DNA of 64,000 nucleotides from the human T2T-CHM13v2.0 reference genome, Homo sapiens. A model generated the notes under the pieces. That model worked only from the letters and a program-made list of their open reading frames with translations. It was not told where the DNA came from and searched no databases. Where the stretch lies: the NCBI RefSeq assembly GCF_009914755.1, contig NC_060936.1. One strand, written 5' to 3'. Of this stretch, positions 1 to 17,244 are shown piece by piece. A program made the position numbers and the translations under genes. Positions within the stretch are counted from its first letter, which is position 1. Each line of letters opens with the position of its first letter.

Positions 1-2702
<2,702 letters not shown>

Positions 2703-3872
2703 TAGCAAAATATTTCTAATTCCTCCCTTGTAGCTCTTGTATCACTGCTGTCATTCACTTGCTAGGACATTAGCATATACACATGCGCATATACACACAT
2801 TGTTGCTATTATTATTTTGAACAAACTTATCTGTGAGGTAAATTGAGAACAAGAAAAATAATTTTTTTATTTTACATTTGTTTATTCATTTCTGATGCTC
2901 TTCCTTTATTTTTATTTATACAAATTTCTGACGTATATTATTTTCCATGTCTCCAAATAACTTAACATTTCTTGCAAAGCAGGTCTACGGGCAACACATT
3001 ACCTCAATTTTTTTCTTTTGTCTAAAAAAGTCTTTATTTCTCCTTAATTTTTGAAGGATAATTTTCCACAATATAGCAATCTGGAATTCTGTAATTCTAG
3101 AATTAATGGTGCTTTTTTCCCTCTTGACACTTTAAATATTTCGCTCCACTCTCTTCTTGTTTACATGGTTACTAAGGATAAGTCACATGTGATTCTTATC
3201 TTTGCTTCTCTATAGGTAAGGTGTTTCTCCCTCCACTCTGGCTTTCTCTAGAATTTTTTTCTTTATCTTAGATTGTTTGAAATTTGAGTATGATATGCCT
3301 ACATGTAGGATTTTTTTTTTTACATTTATCTTGCTTGATGTTTTCTGCAATTCCTGGATCTATGATTTTGTGTCAGCATTAATTTGGGGGAAACTCTCAG
3401 TCATTATTTCTTCATATATTGCTTCCATTTCTTTCTTTTCCTCTCATTACCGCTATTATGTGTTTGTTACAGCTTTTCTATTTGTTTTGAAGTTCTTGGA
3501 TATTTTGTTCTGTTTGGAGATTTCTTTTCCATCTTTTTTCTCTTTGATTTTTGGTTTTGGAGGTTTCTATTGATACATCCTCAAGCACCAAGATTCTTCT
3601 TTCACCTACATCTAGTTTACAAATAAGTCCATCAGAGACATTCTTTATTTTTGATACAGTGATATTGCTTTGTAGCATTTTAAAAATTCTTTCTTAGAAT
3701 TTTAATCTCTCTGCTCAGCTTACATTAATCATCTATTAGTGCAAGTTGTCTACTTTTTCCATTAATGCCCTTAACATATTAATCGTAGTTTTAAAAAATA
3801 TCATGTTCAGATAATTCCAATATTCCTGTCATATGAAACTCTGTTTCTAATGCTTCTTCAGTCTATTCAAAC

Positions 3873-3897
3873 TGTGTGTGTGTGTGTGTGTGTGTGT
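3873..3897. repeat. (TG)12 microsatellite
   Basis: Direct reading. Confidence 0.95.
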
Positions 3898-4147
3898 ATT
3901 TGTGTGGTTTGTTATTTATTTTACCTTTTAGTATGCCTTGTAATTGCCTGTTGAAATACTGACATGATGTACTGTGTAAAAAGAACTTCAGTAAGTAGGC
4001 CTTTGCTGGTGTATTGGTAAGATGCAGGGGGAGGAGAAGTATTCTGTACTCCTATGATTAAATCTTAGTTGTTTCATGAACATGTATCCTTGGACTGTGA
4101 ACTTCATCAGTTCTTTGTAGATTTTTCCCCTCTTAAAATAGGATGAG

Positions 4148-4497
<350 letters not shown>

Positions 4498-5772
4498 TCA
4501 GTTAGGCTCTGAGAAAACTCCAGCAGTTAGGTTCTGTTACAGAATAGTTTCTTTTAAGGGTAGGCCCTGGAAAAAGGAACACAGTGTTTTGTCATACAGC
4601 TCGGGTTTTACAACCTTGGCACTTGTTCCTGTAGAGGTTTCTGCTCCAATAAATTGTGTTTTTCTCTATTTACTTGTCTGCCTCTACAGTTTTGGGGGAG
4701 TGGTTTTCCCTGTGAACTTCCTCTCTGACAAATCTAAGAAGAATTGTTTCTGTTATTGTTTTTTATTTTTTTTCAGTTTGTTTAACTTTCTACTTGTTAG
4801 AATGGAGTGGTGAATTCGAAGCTTCTTACTTGTAGTACCAAAACCAGAGGTCCCTTTTCCCTCTTTGGTTCACAAAACTCTCCTTTGCTGTTCTTATGGG
4901 TAATGAGTCAGGGCTTTGTCTCCCCACAGTTACCAGGATTATTCCTGCAACGTCTACAGGAACAGTGCCTCTGGGGAGAGGAAGGGGTCTTGTCTCTTTG
5001 CTGGCAGTTGCCTAACACATGCCAGGGTAAGTCAACAGCGACCCACTCTCAGGAGCAGCATGGCTGCTGCTGCAGAGAGCAAGTGGCACTGATCCTTTCT
5101 GGGTTCTCTTGGTTTAGGGTAGGAGAGTACCCAGGGCTCCCTCCTGTAGGATGTGTTGTACAGCTAGTGTGGAGAAGGGAAGGGGCACACCTTAATTGCT
5201 GACATTTACTTGGTGTAAGGTGTGGAGAGGTAACAAATTTTCTGCAGCTCTGTAGAGAGAGGGGTGGGCCCTGCTTCTTCGTTGTCACTTATCTGAAGTA
5301 GGGAGGACAAAACCTGTTTTATGACTCCCCTACTTGTTTTCCTGGGCCTCTGACCAGACACAGCAGGCTCTTAGGGCTTTTTCTGTCTGTACTCATTGTC
5401 AGTTACACATGCTGAGCTGCTTTAGTCCTCGGGCCAGATTATACAGAAAGTAAAGCAAACAAATGAACAAAAATAACAAAATCCCCAAACTTCCAAATGA
5501 CAGTGAACTCATCACCAAGTTGTATTTCAAGTTCTTATGTTCTGACTGAGTCTACCAATATATATTTTAGCCCAGAGTTTTTCATTGTTATTGTGGAAGA
5601 TATAAGTTACTTCATTTTTTTCTAGAAGCAAACCCCAGAATAGTTTTTAAACTGAATGGAGCAAACAAACTACAATTTGAATGAAAGAAAATGTTTAAAG
5701 TAACATGATTAACAATTCACTGTGATCAGAGTATGCAGAGTCAAAGTTTTATTTCCTCTTTCTCTAATTAAA

Positions 5773-5927
5773 AGAGGATCAGAAAAAATAGCTATTGGGT
5801 ACTAGGCTTAGTACCTGGGTGATGAAATAATCTGTACAACAGACTCCTGTGACATGAGTTTATTTCTATAGCAAACGTGCTTATGTACCCCCGAATCTAA
5901 AAGTTAAAAAAATTAAAAATTAAAAAA
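5773..5927 (+). mobile_element. L1PA15/16-like 3' end fragment
   Basis: tattgggtactaggcttagtacctgggtgatgaaataatctgtacaac...atgtacccc followed by A-rich tail. Confidence 0.8.
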
Positions 5928-7029
5928 GTTTGTACCTATCTTCAGTTCAAACTTAACAGCTTAATACTTCTTGTCATGTTGGGATGTGTTTCTTAAATGT
6001 GATTTTTTTTGAGTAAAAGGAAGGAACTTTATAAAATATTTTAGAACATTTCACCTTTGTGTGCTATTATAATATTATCTTGTTTTTAAACGACTCTAAA
6101 TTTTGTGATAACCTGAAATTGAAATTTTTACTTCATGTCTTTTGGTGTGTTGGCAAAAGATGGTTCTGGTTGCATGAACTTTTAATTTCCTCCTTCTAAG
6201 AGATTACTTCCAATATTCACCTGCATTTCCGGCAGACTCAGTCAATCAAAATATGAAAATTTTGTATGCATAGTTATTATTATTAGTCAAAAACCTTAGT
6301 CTTTTTTTGTTTTTAGAATGAAAAGAGGAGTATCAACCTATTCAAAGATATGTTGTGTTTTAATGCTTCTACTGAAATCCTTCTCACTGTATGTAACAGC
6401 AGAATGAGATAGGCAGAAAATAGGCAGTTAAAATGGAAAAAGAGAAAAACATGCTAGAATTATTGGCATCTAACAGAAACTTTGTCACTGGGTCTTGGAG
6501 TATTTAGGGTGCATAACAGGAAACCATTCAGACCTTAAATCTTTAAGTTAACTTCTCTCTATATATGAATTAAATGACTAAGTTTTTATTAAGTATTTAT
6601 ATTTGATAAGAAAATTCTATCTCAGTTTAAATCAGATTTGTCTTCTCTGTCTTTGAAATCTCTTAGAGAATTGTGAACTGATACTTTATACTGACTTTTT
6701 ACTAGCTCCTAGCAATATTGCTTAGCAAATTGATTATTTCCTTCTGAAATGTTTGATGATGTATCCAGCTCTTATTAAAGTGCCCAAACCTTACTATTTA
6801 ACTACTTGACAAGGGTTGCCAGTGGTGAATACCATATTCCACTTTAACTTTTTGGAATAGGAATTGAGGTCTTAATCCAATGAAAGTTTTATTTGTAGAA
6901 AAAAATAGACTGAATATTGTTTTTAAGTACAGTAAAAATATCTACACTTTTCCAGTTTCCCTAAGTAAACATTTTATGAGTAATTATTAGAAAGACAAAA
7001 AAGTGTGTAAGTTATTGTTAGAAAGTCAT

Positions 7030-7850
7030 TCATGCTTGCAAGGATGTAGAGAAAAGGGAACTCATACACGGTTAGTAGGAATGTAAATTAGTACAGCCGT
7101 TATGGAAAATAGCATGGAGATTTTTCGAAAAACTAAAAGTAGAACTACCATAAGGTCTTGCAATCCCACTACTGGGTATTTATCCAAAGGAAAATAAATT
7201 AGTATGTCAAAGGGCTACATTTACCCCCATGTTTGTTGCAGCAGTGCTCAAGTAGCAAAGATATAGAATCAACCTAAGCGATCATCAACAGATGAATGAA
7301 GAAATAAAATATGGTAAATGTGCATAATAGAATAATACTTGGCCATAAAGAAATAATAAAATCCTGCCATTTGCAGCTATTTGGATGGAACTGGATTTCA
7401 TTATGTTAAGTGAAAGGATCCAGGCACAGAAAGACAATATCTATCCTCATTCATATATGGGATCTGGGATAGTTTATCTTACAGAAACAGAGAGTAGAAT
7501 GATACCAGAGGCTGAGAAGGGTATGTGTGTGTCAAGTGGTGAAAGGACATGAAAAGAGATCGGTTAATGGGTACAAATAAACAGTTAGATAGAAGGAATA
7601 AGTTCTAATATTCAGTAGCAAAGTAGAGTGTCTATAGTTAATAACAATGTATAGTTCAAAATAGCTAGAAATTAGGACTTGGAATGTTTTCAACACACAG
7701 AAATGATAAATACTCGAAGTGATGGATACCTTAAGTACCCTGAATTGATCATTACACACTCTATGCATGTAACAAAATATCACATGTACCCTATAAATAT
7801 GTACAAATATTTGTACCAATAAATTTATAAAAAGAATTTCGAGTACAAAA
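7030..7850 (+). mobile_element. L1MA-type 3' fragment
   Basis: ggatgtagagaaaagggaactc...ctactgggtatttatccaaagg...tatcacatgtaccctataaatatgtac with A-rich end. Confidence 0.85.
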
Positions 7851-10077
7851 AAACCGTAAAATTTATATTACCTAAATCAAGCAGATATTCTATTAAAATT
7901 ATTACACCAAAAATATTTCAGGGAACTCTATTTTCTTTTCTGTTCTCATCATAAGAAAATGGAGCTCTAGAATAGCTTTTTATCAATTTAAGAGGACAGT
8001 ATCCTTGCAGATCCAAGTAAAAATGAGGGCCTTCTTTAACTATTAAGTAATAATCAAGTCTATTTTTAAAGTGTTGATTAGTTTTTGAAAGCCCAGCATT
8101 GAGCTAGACATTTAGGAAACTTTGATGGAGGTTAAGGAGTTCTTAGAAAAATTGTGTCTAAAATCTGCTAGTTCTGCACTTGTAAGCTAAAATTTGCAGA
8201 AGCTAATATGATTGTTCTTGCTCAGTTCTCTTTGACTGCTGTGGCTTTTCATGTGAAGAAACCTTCAGGCGTTTTCATACAAAGAAATGTACAGGAAACA
8301 AATTGGGCTCTCTAATTTCACTCTTTCACTTGTAGCTTAAGTGTAGGTTTCTTAAATAATCCCACTAATATTTGTGGGAACTTGGAAATCTGGTGTTAAC
8401 ATACTGTCTTTAAAGCCTACTCAGGACACGGTTCACATGCCTTTTGCCTTTTTGAGGGTTGTTCTAACCAAAGTGTCACTATTTGTTTTCCAAGGTAGCT
8501 ATTTTGTTTGCTATTTTAGGAATGATTCTTCAACATTGAATATATTTCCATAAAGTGACTGTGTATCCAGCTAAGATGCCTTGCCATTTCAATTCTACCA
8601 AGCATTAAATGACTATTGGATTTAAGTAGTTGCAACATTGCTGAATAGTTCCTGAGTATTCACATGAATATTGATGAGTATCTGGAATCTCTCTGACAAG
8701 TTTCCTAGATTACTTCAGTGTCAGAGGAAATTTTTAAAAATCTGTCTTCTTCGAACCATTGCATAGACAATATTGCACTGCAAACTGGCTCCTCCCATCT
8801 TATGAGGGTGTTTGATTTGAACTGATTTTTTAAATTAAGATTCTTAAAAATGTAATTGAAAAACCTGTGTAGGTCAGCTCAGTGAAATCTTAAAATATTT
8901 TAAATTCATTAAAATCTATGCAAAATTGGCAATACCTAAGAAACAACAGATGACAGGAATTTACTAGTCCTAATCTCATAACATTTATATACTCAATTGT
9001 GGTGAGACTATTGCCTTTTAAGTTCCATGACTTTTTTAGGTACTTAAATGCCAGTTAATCACAGATGCTTCGTAGATTTTATTTGGAGGGAATGCATTAA
9101 TGTGGTTTTTGATATTTTTCCCCCCATAGGACATTTGGTTGGCTTCTGTCCCTTGAATGTTGCCAAGACATATTTCAACGCTTTCCCTTTTAATGATTCA
9201 GTTGTTGAAATCATCACTTGGCATGCAAATAATATTTATGGGGCCAACATAAAAAGCTACCACCCTTCCTTTATGGCATTTTAAAAACTGATAGATGAAT
9301 AATATTTGATTTCACTCAGATATGACACATAATTCTTGAAAATGATTTTGCGTCTCATAATTTTTAAGAATTTATCTGCAGTAGGCAAAAATGGGAAACT
9401 GTAATATTATATTATAGGAAATGTTGTATATTTCTTCCGATTTTAAAATACTCCTTGCTTTTATAGAAAAACAATCAACATTTTCCCATCCGCTTCTAAA
9501 AGCACTAAGACTAAGGACAAAAACTTAGTAAAATTTAAAATAACAAAGTGAAAGAGTGGCAGACTAGATGTTTTGACATTAAATTTAGTTAAAACTCTAG
9601 TCATATTGGTTAGGTGACAAAATATGTGGGTGATTTATTTTTTAACAGTGATTTGAACAGATACCTTGGCATTTTAGGAACTCAGGTACAGAGAGTCATG
9701 GCACCAATAAACACTAATAATTTTTGACGATTAAAACTCTGGTTAGCCAAGAAAAAGAGATGTTCTTCACTCATTAAGGGAATACCAAGTCAGAATTCAT
9801 AGCATCTAACTTTCCAAGTCTATATCCTATCTGGTACAGCAAAGTATTATTTTTCATGACTAATGACTGACTACAGTAAGTACTAAAACATATATCTGGC
9901 AGTAAAAGTTGTCTCTCTGATCTCACCACATCTTTTTATTCTTACTATCACGACCTTAACCTACTGTAGTATCCTTTCAGGTGGTTTTCCTATATAAGCT
10001 GTGTCACCCACTCTCAACAATTCTTTATTTATTTTCCACGATGAAACTAAAATAAGTCTGTGCTTTTCAGAATCCAC

Positions 10078-10518
10078 TCTGAAGTGAAAGAAGCTAATCT
10101 GAAAAGGCTACATACTGAGTGATTCCAATTATAACATTCTGGAAAAGGACCTTGAAGACAATATAAAGATCCATGGTTGCCAAGGGTTAGGGGAAAGGGA
10201 AGGGATGAATGAGCAGAGCACAGGGAGTATTTGGGTCAGTAAAACTATTCTGCGTGATACTATAATGGTGGATACCTGTCTTATACATTTGACAAAACTC
10301 AGGCATGTACAGAGTAGACCATAATGTAGTAATGTAAACTATGAACTAGGATGATAATTGTATGCCAATTTTGGTTCATCAGTTACAACAAATGTATTGC
10401 TCTGGTACAAACTTTTGATAATGGGGGAGGCTATGTATATGTAGTGGTAAGATGTATATGAGAATCCTACTTTCTTAGTTGATATTGCTATGAATCTAAA
10501 ACTACTTTAAAAAATAAA
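10078..10518 (+). mobile_element. L1MC-type 3' UTR fragment
   Basis: gtgaaagaagctaatctgaaaaggctacatactg...aatgtaaactatgaac...gataatgggggaggctatg. Confidence 0.75.
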
Positions 10519-10521
10519 CAT

Positions 10522-10640
10522 AGCTGGGCGTGGTAGCTTATGCCTGTAATCCCAGCACTTTGGGAGGCCGAAGCAGGTAGATTGCTTGAGCCCAGGAGTT
10601 TGAGACCAGCCTAGGGAACATGGCGAAACCCCATCTCTAC

Positions 10641-10675
<35 letters not shown>

Positions 10676-10855
10676 AATTTAGCCAGCCATGGTGGTGTGC
10701 ACCTGTAGAACCAGCTGTTGAAGAGGCTGAGGTTGGAGGATCACCTGAGCCTGGGAGATTGAGGTTGCAGTGATCTATGAACATGCCAGCGCACTCCAGC
10801 TTAGGTGACAGAGTGAGATCTTGTCTCAAACAAATAAACATACAAACAAACATAA
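10522..10855 (+). mobile_element. AluJ with expanded middle A-tract (A29 at 10641-10669)
   Basis: gattgcttgagcccaggagtttgagaccagcc and ggaggatcacctgagcctggga (J-type); dimeric structure. Confidence 0.9.
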
Positions 10856-10899
10856 AAACCCGATATTAAATCTGCTCTGATCTTGCATCTCCTTCTCAA

Positions 10900-11415
10900 C
10901 TACTGAAAATGATTTATCACCTTCCCAGGAATGCTAAAATGAGTTGGAAGTTCCTAGCACAATACCTATCCACCTCTGTAACTCCATCTCCTCCATTCTC
11001 ACTCTTTTTGTTCTCTGCTTTCCAGCCACATTGGTCTCTTTGAGGTATGAATGGTGCCTATGAAGTCCTTCCCCAGGGTTTTTGCCCCAACCCCTTCTCC
11101 TTGCCTAATAAATATCTACTCATCCTTCAGATCTACTCATTGTTATTTCCTAAAGAAAAAGTTTTTGAGGCCCATATCTTTCTGCAAAATTGGTTGCTTT
11201 TGCTGTATCTTTCATGTAAAAAAAATTCCCCAGAGCCCTTATCACTTTTGTATTTAGACATTTAGAATAGATATTCATAATTATTTATTAATATCTGTCT
11301 CCACTACTAGACTGAAAGCATCTTGAAGCAATACGCTATTTTTGATCACCCCTGAACCCAGCGAATGTTTGCAACACAGGAGTCATTTAGCAAATATTCA
11401 TTGAATGAATGAATA
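10900..11415 (+). mobile_element. L2 3' fragment
   Basis: ctccagccac-like motif, tccttcagatct, ending aaatattcattgaatgaatgaat; left boundary approximate. Confidence 0.6.
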
Positions 11416-12291
11416 GAAGAAAGAACAAGGACTGCCAGATGTGCTGTTGGTTAAAAGTTTGCTCACTGTTTTCTCTAGCTATTAGAGCTAGAGAGTCACT
11501 GAAATAATGATTATTGGGGTCACCAAAATAACTGTTAATCTTTCAGAAAAAAAATTTTGAATATGCATTTTTAAAAGTCCCGTCACCATATATATATATA
11601 TATTAACCCTAAGCGTCTGTATTTTATGTGGTTACTCAACTCTGTGGGTTTTTTTGATTTCAGATAGATACCAGCTTTGTGAACTTAAAGCAAGCAGTAT
11701 GAATATAGTTCTTCAACAGTGGGGATTATCTGATGTCAGGGCTTCTCTCCATATCCAGCCTCTTGCAAGTCCTGGAAAATCATCTCTGGGTGGGTGGCCA
11801 CTAGAGGAATTTCATTGTTCACTAACAGACTCAGAAATAAAGTTATTATTTAGCCATAGGGCAGCCTCAGATTCCTCTGGAAGGTATGCCTATGGCAGCC
11901 AGCATTAAGACCAAATCGCCATGAGGCTGCCTGTTTACAGAGGTTTGTTTACATACAGTATCCACTACACATTTTCTCTGACTTCATTAATAAACTGAGA
12001 CAAAGAAACCATTTCCTTACTTTCCAGGTTAGCTGAGCAATTTATCTTAATTACTGTCAACCTTTAGTGACTACCATGGGGATTCTAAGCATTCACTTCA
12101 CTAGTAATGATGTAAATTACTTATGAATTTTCAATAGGCAGCCATGGATTTTTGGCTTGTCTTACATGCACTTTTTTCCCCAACTGAAATTATATGTGTT
12201 TGTATATCTATATCTGTATCTATATCTATATGTTGAATATACATATATGGTAAATAAATGTATTCTAAATAAATGCCTTTCCTTATTACAG

Positions 12292-12391
12292 TCAATCCTT
12301 TCCCATGGTACCGTGGCAGACTGTGCTGTTGTTGGCAAGGAAGATCCCTTAAAAGGTCATGTCCCCTTAGCACTCTGTGTATTGAGAAAAG
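12292..12391 (+). CDS. ACSS3: ACSS3 third-last coding exon (SILSHGTVADCAVVGKEDPLKGHVPLALCVLRK + G)
   Basis: ttacag acceptor, G|gtgaga donor, 100 nt; AMP-binding enzyme C-terminal domain sequence. Confidence 0.96.
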
Positions 12392-12479
12392 GTGAGAGAT
12401 CTTTTTCTCCCTGATTGCTTGGGACCTGAATAATTAACTAAGGTTAATTCAGTGCTTACCATCTGAACTTTCTCTCTAG

Positions 12480-12655
12480 ATATAAATGCAACAGAGGAGC
12501 AAGTTTTGGAAGAAATTGTGAAACACGTTAGACAGAACATTGGCCCTGTGGCTGCTTTTCGAAATGCAGTGTTTGTCAAACAGCTACCCAAAACCAGATC
12601 TGGCAAGATCCCCCGATCAGCTTTATCTGCCATTGTCAATGGCAAGCCATACAAG
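12480..12655 (+). CDS. ACSS3: ACSS3 penultimate exon (D-INATEEQVLEEIVKHVRQNIGPVAAFRNAVFVKQLPKTRSGKIPRSALSAIVNGKPYK)
   Basis: ctctag acceptor, AAG|gtaaat donor, 176 nt; contains the PKTRSGK motif (A10 lysine) of acyl-CoA synthetases; phase matches the preceding exon. Confidence 0.97.
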
Positions 12656-12777
12656 GTAAATTATCAAAGATATTTAATCCTGGGTTCTAAGATATTTTTC
12701 TTCATTTCTTTGGCATCAGCAAAGCTCTTAAAAATGGTTCTCAAATGTGAATTGCATCTCTAGAAAACACATAATAG

Positions 12778-13214
<437 letters not shown>

Positions 13215-13841
13215 AAAATATTTTTTCTCTTAGTAATTGTCAGTTAAATTCAAACAAATTTGTGGAAACTTAATCCTATTGAATTAAAAGGTACATTTTC
13301 CTTATTATAGTAATTAATGGCAATTAGTGAATGAGAAAGCAAAATAATTGAGGCTAGCGGCAGTAGATGTTTAAAATGCTCTAACTGATAAATGCTAATT
13401 TTGTAATTATTTTAGGAAATCTTAGGCTGATTCAATCATATGTTTTAATTTGTGTGTACATTATGTGTGCAAAGATATACCTATTTTTATCATTAAGATA
13501 ATAAAAGGCAATGCAACAGTAAGGAGTAGTTATGTGAACAAGTGACAAAAAAGAAACATTCTTTCTACAGAAATATATAGAAGACTCTTAAGAGGAACTC
13601 CAACTCTAGAGAAAATACCATCTAGGTCCAATAGTTTTGCTAACTGAACTGTTTATTTTTTTACTCTGGAAAGCTACAGATGAGTATTAATATATTAGGT
13701 TCAAAGTTCCCTATTTTTAAACTTTCCATATGAATATTACAAGACAATGGGGAAAACAACATTGCATATAATTGTTTAATTATAGAAAGAGTAGAAGAAA
13801 TTCAAGGAAGAGTATTCACCTGACCCTAATTTTTTTTCCAG

Positions 13842-13907
13842 ATAACTTCTACAATTGAAGACCCCAGCATTTTTGGCCACGTAGAAGAAATGCTGAAGCA
13901 AGCATAA
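13842..13907 (+). CDS. ACSS3: ACSS3 last exon coding part (ITSTIEDPSIFGHVEEMLKQA*)
   Basis: ttttttttccag acceptor preceded by a ctaat branch-like motif; phase 0; TAA followed by a second stop TGA; STIEDP motif typical of ACS C-termini. Confidence 0.95.
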   Translation: MTSTIEDPSIFGHVEEMLKQA

Positions 13908-14531
13908 TGAGTTTGTCTTATTCCTATTTTGAGTTGATTTAATTTCTTAATTGAAATTAAATTATTTGAGTTGTTTCTCAGAAATAAATATTTCAGTAGA
14001 AATTACTTGCAAAATGAAATGTGAATTGTAAAACTTGGCCTAAACAAATCTAATGAAAACATGTGAAAGACCTGTGCCTTTTTTTTGGTTTGACCCTGTT
14101 AGCATTGTTATTAGTTATCTATAACATGGCTTATTGAATGTCATCTACTGCTTTAGGAAAAACGTATCTAGTGTATTATTTTTAAAATTGTACCTCCCAA
14201 GAAGAACACTTTAATTGAAAGCAACACTAATATAGAGCCACTTCCTGAAACCAAGAATCTGTAGTTTTGATCCAAAATCTAAAACTTAAAGTCAGAAAAT
14301 AATTAAAATTTTTCTTGTAGAAATTTTAGATATTTTCTAGTATTCTTTAGATGCTCACATTGTTTTAAATAAAATAGATGAAATGGGAAGTTTAGGTAAT
14401 CATCTAGACAGATGAAATTATTATCTAGGTAGGAGGGCTTTTCTATACATTTTCTGAGGGAAAGCAGAACACCGGGGTTATAGCTATACCTTCAGGTCTT
14501 TTGTTAGGCAAGGAAAACCACATGTCTGACC

Positions 14532-14800
14532 TGGTTCAGCATGTAATCCGAGCACTTTGGGAGGCTGAGGCAGGCGGATCACTTGAGGTCAGCAGTTTGA
14601 GACGAGCCTGGCCAACATGGTGAAACCCTGTAGCTACTGAAAATACAAAAATAAGCCAGGCGTGGTGGCGGGAGGCTGAGGCAAGGAGAATCACTTGAAT
14701 ACAAGAGGCAGAGGTTGCAGTGAGCCAAGTTCCCCCACTGTACTCCAGCCTGGGTGACAGAGTAAGACTCCATCTCAAAACAACAAAAACAACAAAAAAA
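14532..14800 (+). mobile_element. AluS with internal deletion, in ACSS3 3'UTR
   Basis: Alu body lacking about 24 bp of the right arm (cgtggtggcg|ggaggctgag); TSD aaaaccacatg(t/c)ctg. Confidence 0.9.
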
Positions 14801-17244
14801 CCACATGCCTGGCGGAGAACAAAGAGATCATTTAGTCCAATCTCTTCATGGAGATGAGGGCTCCTGGGAGCCCCTCTTCATGTCTCAGGTTCTTAGTTGA
14901 CTATGTTTATCCAAATGATTCCAGATTCCTGTGGAAACAAGGAATCGATGTACAAATGGGGTAGGGTGGCAAGGAAAACTCTTAAGAGAGAAACATCAAG
15001 GTTTTCACATTAGGTTAAAGACAAGAAGGTTTCTAGGCAGGTAGTGTAATGTCTAGGTGATTTTGAAGTGAACTTAAGCCACTAGGTTTGAGGGACAAAG
15101 GACAGTAGAAAATGGTGAAGACTGCAGATCACCTGCTATACCTCAAGGAGCAGCGGACCCAGCAGAATATGGCCCAAAAAGGAGGCAGGTCTCCTGTTGC
15201 AAGAGCCTCTGTTTTTTTAAAGAGAAAACAAAGAATCCTGGTTTTTATGTGAAATCTCTAATTTTAAAATAATAACTCATTAAAAATATTGTAATGTCCA
15301 AAAGTATCTTTCCATTTAACTTCTAAAAATCTCTTAAATGTTTTTTTTAAATAATTGTAAAGTGAGTTTTTGTTAAGCTTATAGGAATGGGCCAGTTAAC
15401 TAAGGTAGACAGATGTAGGAAATTAAATATTTGATTTACTTAGGGATCTATATGACATCAGTTATCAAAGAATACATTTTAACCCAAAAGTATACCATGC
15501 TCATTGTATCTTTGATCGTTCTTCAAGTATTTCTCAATCTTTTAATCTATCAGGAACATTACTATCAAGAGCAGATTGTTGTAACATAATACTCAGGATA
15601 CATGAAATGTATGTGAGAGATAAATAGATAATAGAAAGTTTATTGTTATAAAAATGACCTACAACTTATATAAAAAAATTCTGAAAATGTTGACTTTTTT
15701 TGGACTGAAGGCTGCAAAATAAATGGCTTCTCAAAGTAAATTCCTATTTACTTAAATTGCCTTCTTGATTGTTACACCTGGAAAAATATATTCATCTACT
15801 TTTTCCTTTTAATTATGTTAGTAGACTGAATTAAACCAGCTACATAGACACTCTCTCATTTGAAGCTGTTGGGATCCTTGAGTTGCCTCTTTCATTGGTA
15901 CGTTTTATCCATTGTCACAACTGTGGTCTTCATTAATAACTCATTTTAATGTCTTAGGAGTAGAATGTGTTTCCTTATTTTTTTTCAAATAAGAGTCAGT
16001 TAATTTGAAATGGCAAATTATTTACCTGAATGTGTATCATTGTTCATTTGCAAGGTTTAAGCTCAGGCAGATCCAATAATTAGGTAAAGGTTGCATCTTT
16101 GGTCCTCTTGCACATTTTTTCTGGTAATCAAATCTGAAGCGACATCTCAGCAAGCAGACTTGGGTTATTTTCCACTAGGATGGGAATGGAAAACAGTGCT
16201 GGAGACTGGGGAAGTGGCTATTTCCTGTGTCTCACTGGGGAATTGCAAGATCAAAGAATGTTGTTACTTTTATGTGATGAAAAAATAGGGCAAGAAAGAT
16301 ATACCTGAATCATCAGACTGCTTAAAATTTGGGAGGAAAAAATTCTATTTTACTACTAACCATAAATCACTTTTGCTAGATAGTACTTTAAAGATTCTGA
16401 ATTAAATGTATCTTTAAAAACAACAATATAATATTACTAAAAAATGCAGACATACTTAAACTTGCTAGAATAAATTCTGTGAGGTCTTCGTTTGGTATTT
16501 TCATAGGATTTCTTACTGTTAAGTTATTGGAAAATGAAAATATAAAGTGCTTTCAGAAGTTATAGTATTTTCCAATTCATTGAATTACTTTGCTTGTGAA
16601 AATATATTAAACATATTTAAATGAGACCTATCCTACATTTAAAAACCAGTTTTGTTTATATAAAATTGTATTTGAAAGGTCCTGAACATTAAAAATGTGA
16701 AAATTTATAATGTTGATGATCAAAAGTAACGTGTTGAGACTCTGAGCTTAATCCATTAAATGGATTTTAGAATCTAGTAGAAGTTATCTTTCTTATAAAT
16801 TAAAACATATTTTATGCTTCTTTTTTGAGGGAAATACCTGGATCTTTTGCATCACTATATGTTAGTGTCTATTATAGATGATTAATCTTTCTAACTTGAT
16901 CTTTAAAAGAAAGAAATTGATTTTAGTGATTGAGTGTTATATAATAGTAGATACAAATCTAGTTATGGCATTATAATGTCGTAGTTCCTATATTCTATTT
17001 CATTTCTATGAATCAAGATGCCCATGTTTAGATGAGCTTAGAAAGCTACTTCTCATTGTTCCTACTCAGGCCACATTTTTAGAAAAAAATTTTAAGATCA
17101 CTCCCATAAGCAAGTTTAGATCTCCCTCTTGTGGCAGACTCAATTTTGAAGCTAAATATTTGGGTCACCCAAAGAACACATTTCCTGATAGTTTAAGTAA
17201 ATTGTCGAGCCTTATGTGACTAGAAAACAAAGCTTAAACAGAGA

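Noticed and set aside
9030-9284. 78-aa ORF and acceptor-like sites (ttttttag at 9039, cccatag at 9129) in the ACSS3 intron
   Set aside because: No resemblance to acyl-CoA synthetase sequence, no convincing paired donor, and ACSS3 needs no exon here.
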